This document shows positions 42,245 to 56,018 of a DNA stretch of 64,000 nt, one piece after another; positions within the stretch are counted from its first letter, which is position 1; the number at the start of each line of letters is the position of its first letter. The translations under genes were made by a program, and so were the position numbers. The notes under the pieces are model-generated. The model was given only the letters and a program-made list of their open reading frames with translations, was not told the origin of the DNA and did no database searches. This DNA comes from Eledone cirrhosa (lineage: Eukaryota), in contig OZ024743.1 of NCBI GenBank assembly GCA_964016885.1, forward strand, positions 149,606,001 through 149,670,000, read 5' to 3'.

Positions 42245-44280
42245 TTTTAATACAGGGATGTTCTGGAGGATGGTGTCAAAGGCCTCATTGTTGAGGGGGT
42301 TGTGTGTGGAGATGTATGGAAGAGCTTTTAGTTTCGGTTGATTAACTTTAGGGTGTCTAAGGTCCTGGGTACTGAGTTTTAGGGCACGTTGGATTCCATT
42401 GTCAATTAGTGATGCATGGTAGTCCCTGCTTATGAGTGTGTCCTTTATTTCTTGTAGACGTAAGGTGTTTTTATTGGAAACTATAGTACAGATTCTCCTG
42501 GCTAAGTTGAAGGGAATATTAATTTTAACGTGTCTAGGGTGGCATGAATTGAAAGGAAGATATTGCTTGGAGTCTGTGGGCTTGTAGTATATGTCTGTTT
42601 CTATTTTTTTTGTTATGAATCTTAATGAGGATGTCGAGGAAGGGGAGTTGTTGATGGCTGTATTCTATTGTAAAATTAATATTCGTGTTGAGCCCATTTA
42701 TAAGGGTGTGAAATTCTTTAAGTTTCTAGATGTTTTCGTGCCAAAGGAGGAAGCAGTCATCTAGATATCTCTTCCAGTTCTTTTCTATGTGTAAGTGTTT
42801 CCAAATTTGTTTAGTACTTTAGTGTAGAGGGTGATTTCCAGGTATCCCATGACTAGGTTGGTATAAGTGGGGGCCGTTTTCGTTCCCATAGCGGTCCCAG
42901 ATTTCTGCCTGTAGAATTTGTTATTGAAAACAAAGTAATTATTCTCCAAGATAAATTTGAGTTCTTCTATCACGAATTCTTTTTGGGAGTTCATTGGGGG
43001 TAATTATCCAGCCAGAATTGGATAGCTTCTATTCCTATGTTGTGGGGGTTGGGGGGTTGGAGTATAGGTTGACTACATCGAACGTCACTAGTAGGGTTTG
43101 TTCAGTAAGGGGTATATTAGGGAGGTGGTTGAGCATATCTAGGTCGTCCCTTATGTAGCTTTTAATGTGTTTGAGAAAAGGCTTCAGAAGGGTATCAATG
43201 AAGTTGCTAAGGCGGTGGGTTTCGCAAGCGGGGCCTGCTATTATAGGTCTTAATTTGAGATCATTAGGTGAGGGGACATTGATGACTATGTCTGTGGCTT
43301 CCTTGTATGCCTTACTTATTAGTTCGCTTTTATGTACTTTAGGGATACCGTAGAAAAGGCTGGATTTACTTGTGAAGTCTGTGATTAAGCTGAATTCCTT
43401 GTTAGTGAGTCTTTCTTTGTATTGGTTGATCAGAGGTTTTAGGTTTCTCATATTTTTCTGTTGATTGTAGTGTTCAGCCTTTTCGTAGTGTGTTTCGTTT
43501 TACAAAGTGGGGAGCGTTAAGTTGATATAGAATTCTGTCTCCATTAGGACTACTGTACTCCCTTTATCAGCCTCTTTAATTGTAATAGTTCTGTCGGTTT
43601 TTAATCTATTTAATTCTTCCCATTCTTTCTTATTGAGGTTTGGCTTGTGTTTTTGTCTGTGCAAGTGTTGGTAAGGGAAGATTGTGATGTTTTCACAGAA
43701 TTCGTCCAGGATTTTATTTCTACCTTTTGATGGGGTGTTAGTTGCTTCTATTTCTGGCTAATGATTCATCCTCTCTGTACTGGTCGAATAGTTCTTCACT
43801 GAGTCGTAACTTTCTACAGTATTCTGTGATGTCTTCCTTCATTTCATAGTAGTTTGGACGTAGGGAAGTCGGTGTGAATTTAAGACCTTTGGAGAGTAAG
43901 TTGATAAGGTTGGGAGTTGGTTCTGCACTAGTTAAATTGATAATTTTTATTACTCTCGGTTTCTCCTCCCTGTCTTGTGTTATTTCGTTTGCCTGTATCT
44001 GTGTGTTGTGTCTAAAAAATGGTTGTTAAGTGGTCTCATGTGTTCGTTATATTCCTTGTTGTAAAATGTGTTCGGGTTCGTGGTTGTGGATTGAATGAGG
44101 TGTTCCTGTATTGCGAGTATGGATGTGTGTTTCTATGTGCCATGTTGGATTGTGGTGTTATAGCTGGCCTACGTTGCTGGTTGTATCGTGCGGGGTGGGT
44201 TTGTTGTGTATTGTGGAAGCGAGAGTTGAGAAAATGGAAATTACCTTGCTGTCGCCTTGTGGTGGGGAAGTTGTTACGTC
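42245..44280 (-). mobile_element. Decayed PLE RT, tentatively Neptune-like; endonuclease missing
   Basis: KGLKFTP, IKEADKG, FYGIPKVHK, RPIIAG, FDVVNLY, QKSGTAMG..AP, RYLDD, LPFLD, YYKPT, SCHP; bracketed by AT-rich sequence and (AT)n. Confidence 0.9.
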
Positions 44281-44290
44281 TATCATATAT

Positions 44291-44322
<32 letters not shown>

Positions 44323-44585
44323 TACTTTTTACCTGTTCCAAGCGAATGGCATTGGCCATGCTGGGACACCGCCACTGCCGCTACAACTTCTATAGCCAGC
44401 CTTACTTGGTTGGCAATTGATGTAAGAGGGACTTTGGCAATATCAAGGTGCCGCATTATTTCAACTCGGGGATTTCGATTCTACATGGTTTAGTGTAGCT
44501 TAGTTTTAGTGACCTTGTACTTGCTGGTTAATAGTGGAGCGCTTGAAGTATATATAAATTACATACATGCATACTTACATACATG

Positions 44586-44675
<90 letters not shown>

Positions 44676-44848
44676 GAGAGAGAGAAATAAAAAGAGGGAG
44701 AGAGAGAACGAGAGTGTCTGCGGTGTTGAGATAGGGGAAACCATTAATCATGGGGGAAATAAATGCAGAGTGTATATATAGATAGAGATAAGTAACATTC
44801 CGACAGCGGTATCAAGCGGTTTCGGGATCTGACCCAGTTGGGAGTTTA

Positions 44849-44937
<89 letters not shown>

Positions 44938-45002
44938 ATTGTTTATATATATATATAATAATACAAGGACGATTTGTTAAACCTTCATTACGTTTAATGA
45001 TT

Positions 45003-45081
45003 GGTGACGGGCGTTTCGTTATTGATCAGCTAGCTCAAGGTTCTATCTGGCCCGACTCTGGAATCAAAAGCTCGTCGGACC
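45003..45081 (-). ncRNA. Type I hammerhead motif with CCGACGA core and long stem II (family J)
   Basis: Reverse complement GGT-CCGACGA-G..TTGAT..ATCAA..C-GAAA-CGCCCG-TC-ACC; lies in a ~260-bp island between (AT)n tracts. Confidence 0.6.
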
Positions 45082-45213
45082 TCTGGTGTGGAAATGACAT
45101 ATAAACACATTAAAGTTTAGAGATATCTGTAACGATCCACATTCATTTATGGTGGCCAGTTCTTGTTGTTTTGATTGGTGGTTTTGCTATAGGAAATGTT
45201 TTGTATATATATG

Positions 45214-45261
<48 letters not shown>

Positions 45262-45353
45262 TGTGTGTGTGCGTATGTATATATATATGTATATATATAT
45301 ATATGTGTATATATATATATGTATATCCATATATATGTATATAGGTATAAATG

Positions 45354-45387
<34 letters not shown>

Positions 45388-45444
45388 AATATATATATGT
45401 ATATATATATACATTTATGTATATATATATGTATATATATGAAT

Positions 45445-45778
45445 ATAAGTATGTATACGTACATACATATATGTATACAGACGCACAATAGTATGTATAT
45501 ACATACATACATGCACACATATATACATGTACGTATGGATTTACGAACATTTATTATATGCTCGGTTTGTTTGTAAACAAACAGCCCGAATTATTAGACG
45601 TACAGTGTTCGGCAACCATTGTTGTCATTTTGTTCAACACTGACAAAGGAACGATGAACTAGTTTCTAGCTTATTAGATGTCATTAGCACCGTATACCTT
45701 CCTGTCAGTTGATTGAACGTTTGAAAGTATATACTTTCCTTATGCATATTAACGCCTGAGCAGCCTAATTTGCATATC
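45445..45778 (-). mobile_element. Family H element, colinear copy; hammerhead motif 45653-45691
   Basis: Reverse complement GGTG-CTAATGA-C..AGCT-A-GAAA-CTAG-TT-CATC; homologous to 20745-21098. Confidence 0.7.
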
Positions 45779-45884
45779 GAGTGAGTTAGTCGGCCGGGCG
45801 TACCGAAAACGATAGCCGTACTAAGAGTGAAAAATGAAATTTCATTTTTTCCATTTATATATATATTCCTATACACAAAGCTTA

Positions 45885-46210
45885 TATTTTTAAGCAGACT
45901 GTATTTTGATTTAGGTGTCATAGAAACTCTACATTGGATTTTAACAGCAATTCCGGGAGTCCAGGTCTGGTTATCATTTATTTTTTATCATTTATTTTGT
46001 TTTGACCTGTTTAGCTTGATTTGGTTTTTGGCTTGGGTGGTTAATGCCTTCTTGACCCCCTTTTCAGTTTTTTATGGCTTCTTAACACATTGTTTAGCTC
46101 TGGTTTTTAACTATGGAGCACTTTGCCAGTATCATTTCTGATTTTTGCGTTAAGCTTCGCTTTTCCTGCCCGCCGAAATGCGATTCTCGCTGAATATACA
46201 AATAAAGATT
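45885..46210. repeat. Second copy of the unclassified 27065 repeat
   Basis: Colinear similarity to 27065-27360. Confidence 0.6.
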
Positions 46211-46256
<46 letters not shown>

Positions 46257-46292
46257 TGTACATATATGTATATATAAGTACATATATGTATA

Positions 46293-46359
<67 letters not shown>

Positions 46360-46364
<5 letters not shown>

Positions 46365-49300
46365 GTAAAACGGTAGATGTCTGTCTGTGTGTGTGTATGA
46401 TTTTTATGCATTTCCACATTTCTCTACCGATTTTGATGATTTCTTTTTCAATGTGCTCCAAATTTACCAGGGCAGGTCAACGCGTAATTACGTTTGCCAA
46501 AAATGTCCTGCTTCTATGAAAAAAAATCGATAAAACTAAATACATGCTGTAACCCTCTCTCTTACACGCTTCATTCCTCTCACTACCCTCAATCTCCTCC
46601 GCAACTCTCTTTAAAAGGTTACTGCCTCCGTCTCTGAAGGAACGCGACACAAACTTTGATAACCATCTCTCTTACACGCTTCATTCCTCTCACTACCCTC
46701 AGTCTCCTCTGCAACTCTCTTTAAAAGGTTACTGCCTCCGTCTCCATTACAGTTTAGAACAACGACAAATCTTCTCTCTCTATAATAGATCATTCACCCT
46801 CTTCGTTCGTCATACATCAAATATCAAAATTTAAAAAGCCTATAACACTAAATACATACTGCTCTCTCAACGTTACATTTTACATCAAATAACAAATATT
46901 CAAAAGCAACATATGAATTTATAAAACAACAAACGTAACAATAACGACGCTTAAGCGTTCATTTACTTGAATCTCAACAAAGACATTATATTTTATTGTT
47001 GTCCTTTTTGTAATTTTTCTTTCTTTTTTTTTTCTCAATATGAGACAAAAAATTAATGAGAAAACTTTTTTAACGAACATCCGATTTCGATGATTTATTT
47101 TCCAGTGTGCTCCAAAATAACGCCCCTGTTTACGCTCTTTTGTGCTATAACTCAGACAGGCTTGGCTTACAGGTTTGACCTATTATTTGACGTGCATTCT
47201 TCATAGATCTTACTTAGTACTTACTTTCCACTTACTAACCGTTCAATTGAAAGTTTTGGCTACTCCCCCTTTCATGCTCCATTACCTGCATAAATATTTA
47301 CGTGTTCGGTTCTGCTACAATATAGTACTCACTTTAAACTAATTCAAAGTTCATTTGAAAATTTTCTCTACCAAACACATTCTTTGAATCTACGGTCATG
47401 CCACCCAAAAAAAGACCACGACTTAGTCGCCAAACTAAAGCTGCTTCTACTGCCAAACGAAGAAGAGCTACAGAGTTGTCCGTAGAAAAATTGACTCGGT
47501 TGTCACAAATTGCAACTCGAAATGCAATTACCCGGGCAACCGAGACAGAAAAAAAGAAGAGCATTCGGCTTTTCAGAACTGTAGTTGCACGTGCAGCGCA
47601 AACTGATGAACAACATTCTCGACGACGAAGCAAAAATGCGGCCTCTACCGCTGCGGCACGTTACGGTGAGGACGAAGAACACCGTTACAGTCGATGACGA
47701 AGAGATGCCGCCTCAACTGATGCGTCACGTGCTGCCGAGGACGAAGGGCAGCGTTCCAGACGTCAACGTACGGACGCCGCTTCAACAGCTTCCGTTCGCG
47801 CATCAGAGACTGCGCAAATTCAATTACAAAGGCTAAACGCCAACGCACTCCGCAGGAGTGCTAAACGAGGTACACAGAGGATCAGTTGCACTCAGTGGTC
47901 TCATAAGACTTTCCACTATGACCCAACAGTAAACTATGCACTGATGCCAGAAGTTCAGATTGGATCCATGTCTGTCATTTGCCAATATTGTCGGGCAAAA
48001 AAATGGCCTGGGGAGACTTCAGGGATGTGCTGCTCTAACGGCAAAGTGAAACTGCCTCCTCTACAGGAACCACCACAACCTTTGAAGTCTCTACTGACCG
48101 GTGTCACAGCGGAGTCGGAACACTTCCTTCGATGATCCAGGAGATACAACGCTGCCTTCCAAATGACCTCTTTCGGAGCTAACATCATACGCGAGGACGG
48201 CTTCATGCCTACCTTTAAAGTTCAAGGACAAATTTACTACAGAATCGGTTCGATACTGCCCACGACAGACGGACAGCTCTAGTTCCTACAGCTATACTTT
48301 GGCAATGACTATTTGGACCAAACGGAATGACGCGCTTCAATTTCGCCTGGCACAGACATGAAAATTCTGTTGCAAATCCAGAGAATGCTGCACAAAAACA
48401 ACAACTACATTCGCAGTTTTAAATGCGCATTGGAGGCTGCTCCGTTGCCAAATTTTGCTGTTATAACCGACGCTGACAGAAAACCACCAGGCACCCACGC
48501 CAGACGTTTTAACACTCCCAGGTGCAATGAAATAGCTGTGCTTCTTCATGGAGAACAGTACAACAAGCGGGACATCATACTTCAGTGTAGGGACAATAGT
48601 CTGCAACGGATCAGCGAGACGCATAGGTCCTACGACGCATCCCAATATCCCATACTTTTCCCATTCGGTGACGACGGATACCACTTTGGAATTCCTTTGT
48701 GCAACAGCAACAAAACTGTTTCCTCTATGCAATTCTACACCTACCGATTCATGGTCCGCGAATGCTGCTTTAACCAACTCCACCGTGCAAAAGTACTCTT
48801 CAACCAGCTTGCTGTAGACGCGTGCGCAAAGATGGAATCTGAAAGGCTGTGCTACATAAGGAACAATCAAGCACGCCTTCGTTCGGACAGCTACATTCAC
48901 TTACAGGATGGAGTAAGGAAGGACGTCGATCCCGAGAACCTAGGAAAACATTGTATCCTTCCGTCAAACTTCATTGGGAGTCCCCGATATATGAGTGAAC
49001 GCACACAGGATGCTACGGCAGACCGGATCTCTTCATCACTTCAACATGCAACCCTAAGTGGAATGAAATTACCGCGGAATTATTCCCCGGACAAAGGGTG
49101 TCAGACAGACACGATCTTACGGCACGAGTCTTTCACTTGAAGTTGACAAAACTTATTGAACTCCTAAAATCAGGTAAGGCCTTTGGACCTGTTAGGTGCT
49201 ACGTATACACCGTTGAGTGGCAAAAGAGAGGCCTGCCACACGCTCACCTACTCATTTGGCTGATAACGAAAATCAACGCAAGCAACATTGACAGCATCAT

Positions 49301-52136
49301 TTCAGCAGAAATACCCGACCCAAAATTGGACAGAGAACTCCACAACATCGTCACTGATCACATGGTTCATGGGCCATGCGGAAACGATTTCAACATGAAT
49401 TCTCCATGCATTAAAGAAAGAAGGTGCACCAAGAGGTATCCTAGGCCATTCCTCCGAGAAACTCGGACGGGTGGCGACGGTTATCCATTATACCGCCGTA
49501 GGGAGCCAGCGGACGGAGGAATTGTTGCGAAAACACCACATCACAACGTCAACAACCGGAGGATTGTACCCTACTGCCCACTTCTGCTTAAATTGTTTAA
49601 CGCCCACATTAACGTTGAATACTGCCACTCGTCAAATTGATAAAGTACGTCTGCAAGTATATCAATAAGGGGTCCGATGCTGCGTCCTTTGGTCTTAAAT
49701 GGAGAAAAACCGAGACGAAGTAACTCGATACCAGGTCGGCCGAAACATCAGCAGCAATGAAATGTTCTGGCGATTCTTCCACTTTGCAATACACCATAAC
49801 TACCCCCCAATCAAACAGTTGGCGGTGCACCTTGAAAACGGTCAAAGAGTCTACTTCACCGCCTCCTCCGCTGCTGAGATAGCAGAGAAACTCAAGGACA
49901 CCACACTTACGGCATTTTTTAAGTCATGCCGAAACGATCCCTTCGCCAAGACCATCTTCTACTCTCAGGTGCCATCATACTACACATGGAACACAGATAA
50001 CAGAATTTGGTTAAGAAGGGTGAAAGGACAACCCGTCGAGAGACATCCAGACATTAAAATGTCCCCTACCCTTGGGAGAGTGTACACCATTCATCCTAAC
50101 CAACAGGAATGTTTTTATCTCCACCTTCTACTGCATGAGGTGGTAGGACCGATATCTTTCGACGATCTGAAAGCAATCAACGGAGAGCTTTGTACTTCAT
50201 TCCGCGCAGCCTGCCTTACACGGGATCTACTGGAAGATGGCGCTCAGTGGAATGCGACATTGGCGGAGGTAGCTACAATACGCTCAGCGCGAACTCTTCG
50301 GCAACTCTTTGCGGCGATACTGCAGACATGCGAGTTAAGCGACCCTGCATCCTTATGGGACAAATACAAAGAGGACCTTTCCGATGACTACATACACCAA
50401 GGACAACTGCTACTCCCTCATTCCATCGTACGACTCAGCGACGAATTCTTCAACAATGCTCTCATTGACATCGAGGACATAATCCTAACTGCTGGCGGAA
50501 ATGACCTTCCATTCTATGGACTGCCAAAAGTTCAGCGAACGGGCTCCGACAAACTTCCGACGGGCATAATTCAGGAATCTGCCTACGACGTCCACGCCCT
50601 CGAACTGTTCATCAACGAAAACGAGCCGAAATTGTTGCAGGACCAACGGCAGGCGTATGACACAGTTTGCACTTCCATTCGTCAACGCAGAGCAGGTATC
50701 TTCTTTTTGGACGCACCAGGAGGAACTGGTAAAACATTCGTCAATAAACTTCTCCTCGCCAAAGTGCGACAGCAGAAAGGAATCACTCTGGCTGTGGCTT
50801 CTTCTGGCATTGCCGCAACTCTGCTGCCCGGAGGTAGGACAGCTCATTCAACACGACTTCAGACGACACAATAACCTGCAACATCACCAAGGACTCTGAC
50901 AAAGCTGAAGTCTTGAAAAGATGCCACCTAATTGTATGGGACGAATGCACAATGGCTCATAAAGGGTCCCTTGAGGCGTTAGACAGGACCCTACAAGACA
51001 TCAGGGAATGCAACCGGCCGATGGGAGGAGTACCTCTACTGCTGTCTGGCGATTTTCGACAAACTCTTCCAGTTGTTCCAAAAGCCACCAGGGCCGACAC
51101 TGTGGGGCTTGCATTAAGTCATCTCCCCTGTCGCAGGAAGTGACAATCCTGACCCTCACAACAAACATGGGAGCCCAACTGCTCGGCGACCACTCAACAG
51201 CTGACTTCTCAAAGGACCTCTTAACAGTTGGTGACGGCACTGCACCTTCAGATGCAGCTGGAGAATGGCAGTCTCGCAAGTAGGCACCGTTGTCGACACT
51301 GTTGACGACCTCACAGCCTCGGTCTTTCCCGATATGGCGACAAACTACAAAAACACGAGTTGGCTATGCGATAGAGCCATATTGGCTCCACAAAATGTCT
51401 CAGTTGCAAAAATCAATGAGGACCTTCTGCAACGCATTCCTGGAAACCCCCGTACCTACAAATCTGTGGACAAAGATGAGGTTGACGATTTTCCAACAGA
51501 ATTCCTCAATTCCTTGGACCTCTCTGGACTGCCACCTCATGAACTGCGTGTCAAAGTTGGGACTCCAGTGATGCTGTTGAGGAACCTGGAACCACCGCGT
51601 CTCTGCAACGGAACACGGTTAGTGGTAAGAAACCTCCTGCCGCATGTAATTGAAGCCACAATTCTCACGGGCTGCGGCGCTGGAGAAAACGTCTTCATAC
51701 CCAGAATACCATTAACTCCATCAGGTACGGAAAACCCCTGTACTCTGCGCCGACTTTCCCGTTAAACTTTGCTTCGTGATGTCAATCAACAGGTCCCAAG
51801 GCCAAACGCTATCAACGGCAGGCCTGCATTTAGCCCAGCCGTGCTTCTCACACGGCCAATTATACGTCGCATGCTCAAGATTAGGATGCAAGCAGAACTT
51901 ATTCATACTTTTACCCAAAGGCAGAACAAAAAATGTGGTCTACATAGAGGTGTTGTGACTCTTCTATTCAGCACCACTGCAGTCTTGCCGGTCTGACATA
52001 TAGTGAGTAGATGCTATTGTATATTTTCAAACTTACCCGTATTTACTTTCAATGCCTTAATATTCATAATTGAGTGGAATCATTAAAAGTACTTTAAAGC
52101 AATTAAACTCCGAGCAACGCCGGGCACTTCTGCTAG
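46360..52136 (+). mobile_element. Helitron, formerly autonomous
   Basis: RepHel pseudogene; 3' CCGAGCAACGCCGGG-CACTTCTG-CTAG|T; 5' boundary lost in (AT)n. Confidence 0.93.
47398..51958 (+). pseudogene. Helitron RepHel (Zn finger, HUH Rep, PIF1-like helicase), multiple stops and frameshifts
   Basis: CQYC..CCSNGK, PDLFIT.TCNPKW, VEWQKRGLPHAH, KYINKG, DAPGGTGKT, WDECTM, GDFRQ, INRSQGQ, HGQLYVACSR. Confidence 0.93.
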
Positions 52137-52168
52137 TATATATATATATATGTGTATATATATATGTA

Positions 52169-55100
52169 TCTATATATACAAATCTGAGGATGTGTGTGTT
52201 AAGGTTTGTAACGTATGCACGTCCACAATTTCCAACGGATTCTATTCAAAGTCGGAACAATTATTGCTTTTGGTCAGGAAAAGGTCATGAGGCAAAGGAA
52301 AATTTCAAATCCATCAACAATAAGGGCAAAAATCGATCATGATCATTCCCCCTCTCTATAATTTAACTTCTTTGCTCTCTCTGTCGCTCTTCACTCCCTA
52401 TATGACAACACTGTAGAGAGAGAAACAGTGTGTTTGATCAAATGGAGCGTTCCGTATATTCCCTCTCTCTATAAGTCAACTGCTTTACTCTCTCTGTCGC
52501 TCTTCACTCCCTATATGACAACACTGCAGTGGAGCGTTCCGTATTGACATACGGCTTATCTGGGGCATTTTCAATCGGCTTATTGCAAATAACAACCCGC
52601 AAAATAACACTTCATATAACAGATTAATGCTATAGACATATGAATCAGAATGTAACCCGTGAACTTTTTCCTGGGCAAAATTATTCGAACAGACATGACC
52701 TCATTGCCAGAGTGTTCAAACTGAAACTGGCTAAACTCATGGCTTTAATCAAAAAGGGTCAGGTATTTGGGGCTGTAAAATGTGACATGTTCACCGTCGA
52801 ATGGCAAAAACGAGGGCTGCCACATGCTCACATTTTGATTTGGTTAGCTGATAAAATCAATTCAAATGCCATAGACAGCTTCATTTCGGCTGAAATCCCT
52901 AACCCAGCAACTGACCAGGAATTACATGACATCGTCAAAGCTAACATGGTCCGTGTGTGTTGGGTTCTAATGAGCATCACACGTGTCTGAAAGGGGGGTC
53001 GTGCAGTAAGGGATACCTAACAAAATGTGTTGACCAGACTCAGACTGGTGGCGACGGGTACCCCATGTACAGGCAGAGACGGCCCGAGAACAGTGACTTC
53101 ACCACAACAGTAAAGGGAGGTCAAGTCGACAATAGATGTGTGGTCCCTTACGTCCCGCTTCCCTTGAAGATGTTCAACGCCCACATCAATATTGAGTTTT
53201 GCAACTCCGTCAAGTCGATAAAATACATATGCAAATATGTAAATAAGGGCTCTGATGCCGCAATGTTCGTATTTCAAGCTGAAAATAGCAGGGACGAGGT
53301 CACAGAATACCTGGCGGGGCGGTACATCAGTAGCAATGAAGCTTTTTGGCGCCTATTTTGTTTACCCCTACACCAACGGCACCCCGCCATCGTACAGCTT
53401 GCGGTACATTTGGAAAATGGGCAAAAGGTTTACTTTACGGACCAAACAGCCACCAAGTTGGCCGCCGATCCGAAAGAGACCACTCTGACGGGTTTCTTCA
53501 AACTTTACCAGTTCGATACATTTGCGCAAACAATTGTGTACCCCCAGGTTCCATCCTACTTTATATGGTCGAAAAACACTTGGATGCGAAGAAGTCAGGT
53601 CAGGCTGTTGAAAAACATCCTGGTGTAAAATTTGACAGCTGTCTTGGAAGTACCCCCCAAGTCAGCATGAGTGCTTTCATCTCCGCCTTCTTCTGCATGA
53701 AGTTGTAGGCACACAAAGTTTTCAGGACCTCAAAACTGTTGATGGAGAAATATGTGATACGAAGACTGCTTTAAGCGAGGTCTTTTGGAAGATGATTCGC
53801 AATGGGATTCCACTTTAGCAGAGGGTGCTTTGTTGAAATCACCTAACCTAAAGGTCTACGAGAACTCTTTGCCATTTTGCTTCAAAAGTGTGAATTGGGT
53901 GATCCCACCCCCCAATAAAAAACGGACCCCCCCCCCCCAATAAAAAATGGACCCCCACCCCCCCAAATAAAAAACGGATCCCCCCTAAATAACGGATCAC
54001 CTCCTTATAAAAACCGGACCCTTCTCCCCCCCCCAAATAAAAAACGGATCCCCCAAATAAAAAAGTGAGCTCACCCCAATAAAAACCGGATCCCCCCAAA
54101 TAAAAAACAGACACCCCCCAATAAAAAACCGAGCCCCCCCCAATAAAAAACGGATCCCACCAAATAAAAACGGACCCCTACCAATAAAAAAACGCCCCCA
54201 CCCCCATAAAAAACGGATACCCCCCAAATAAACCCCCATCCACCCAATAAAAAACGCACCCGATCCAATAAAAAACGGACACCCCCAAATAAAAAACGGA
54301 TTCCCCCATAAAAAACGGCCCCCCCCCAAATAAAAAAGGACTCCCCCAATAAAATAAACGGACCCCCCCAATAAAAAACGGACCCCCTATAAAAAACGGA
54401 CACCCTCCCAAATAAAAAACGCCCCCCCCCCCATAAAAAACGGACCCCCCAAATAAAAACGTCTCCCCCCCCCCCACATAAAAAAACGCTCCTGGGGGTA
54501 CCGGAAAAACATTTGTAACGAAATTTGAATCTCGTTAAGATTCGTCAGGAGAAAACAAAATGCGTTGTCCGTTGCATCGTCCGGGATCGCTGCTACATCT
54601 GCCGGGAAGCAGGACAGCACATTCAATCTTTAAACTCCCTTTGGATTTAGTAAAAGCTGAGACACCAACATGCACTATCAGCAAGAGTTCACACAAAGCT
54701 CTGGTTCTCAAAAGATGTTGCCTCATTGTTTGGGATGAGTGCACAATGGCACACAAGGGTGCCCTTGAGGCATTGGACGAGACCCTGAAAGACATTAGGG
54801 ATTCTGCGGCTCCTATGGGTGGCGTAACCCTTCTGCTATCAAGGGATTTTCGGCAAAAGCTGCCTGCATCCCCAAAGGGACAAGAATTGAGGAAGTGCGT
54901 GCCTGCCTTAAGTCGTCCATGTTGTGACTCCAGGTGAAGAGTTTTTATCTGAGCACAAATATGCGTGCTCATTTGTATGGTGAGAAAATGTCTGCAGCAT
55001 TTGTTCAGAACATTTTAGCACTTGGTGAGGGCAAGGTCCCTGCGGATGACAAGGGGCTGTCCCATTATGCTAATAAGGAACTTGCGTCCACCAAAGCAGT

Positions 55101-55773
55101 GCAACGGTACTCGCATGGTCGTCAAGTCACTAACACCCCACTTGATTGAGGCCACCATTGTAACGGGGTGCGGAAGAGGGGAGAATGTTTTCATTCCAAG
55201 GATGAACCTTTTCCCCTCGGCGTCAGATATCCCGTTCGATTTCCGGCGATCCCAATTCCCGGTGAGACCATGTTTTGCCATGTCCATTAACAAGTCACAA
55301 GGGCAAAGATTGTCGGTGGCGGGCATCCATTTGGGGGAGCCATGCTTCTTGCATGGCCAACTTTATGTTGCCTGTTCCCGCGTAGGGAGCAGGAATGAAC
55401 TTTTTGCTTACACTCCTCAAGGGATGACACGCAATATCGTCTACAAAGAGGTGCTATAGATGTTGGTGCAGGTGTTAGAGCTCTGCCGTCTGGAACACTA
55501 TTTCCTGGTAGGGTATCCCATGACAGACAGATCTGACACCCAGCGGCATCAGGGCCACAATCTTGCAACTTTGATCTACTAAATTCGCTATTGGAAGATT
55601 ATTAACCCATCATTGATTGACCAAAATACTAATTGGTTCGTAACTTTTAATAACCGCTTCAACTGCTTTATGCACTTAATTGATAAGCTTATTCGCTTTC
55701 AAGCCACGTTTACCTGTATGTAACTTTTCATAGCAAATGAACAAACCCGAGTAACGCCGGGCTAAACTGCTAG
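52169..55773 (+). mobile_element. Second Helitron, internally deleted (RepHel pieces 52640-53900, 54485-55459)
   Basis: 5' A|TCTATATATAC; VEWQKRGLPHAH, YICKYVNKG, APGGTGKT, AMSINKSQGQ; 3' CCCGAGTAACGCCGGG-CTAAACTG-CTAG|T. Confidence 0.92.
53903..54490. repeat. Degenerate ~20-bp tandem array, consensus CCCCCCAATAAAAAACGGA
   Basis: About 29 units with variable homopolymer lengths, inside the Helitron. Confidence 0.9.
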
Positions 55774-55827
55774 TATATATATATATATATGTACATATAT
55801 ATATGTGTGTACATATATGTATATATA

Positions 55828-55876
<49 letters not shown>

Positions 55877-55881
55877 GTGTG

Positions 55882-55912
<31 letters not shown>

Positions 55913-55927
55913 GTACATATGTATATG

Positions 55928-56018
<91 letters not shown>

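Noticed and set aside
49699-50874. 391-aa ORF as a host PIF1 helicase gene
   Set aside because: It is part of a frameshifted RepHel within Helitron termini.
53848-54626. Gly/Phe-rich ORFs on the minus strand
   Set aside because: Translation of the low-complexity tandem array.
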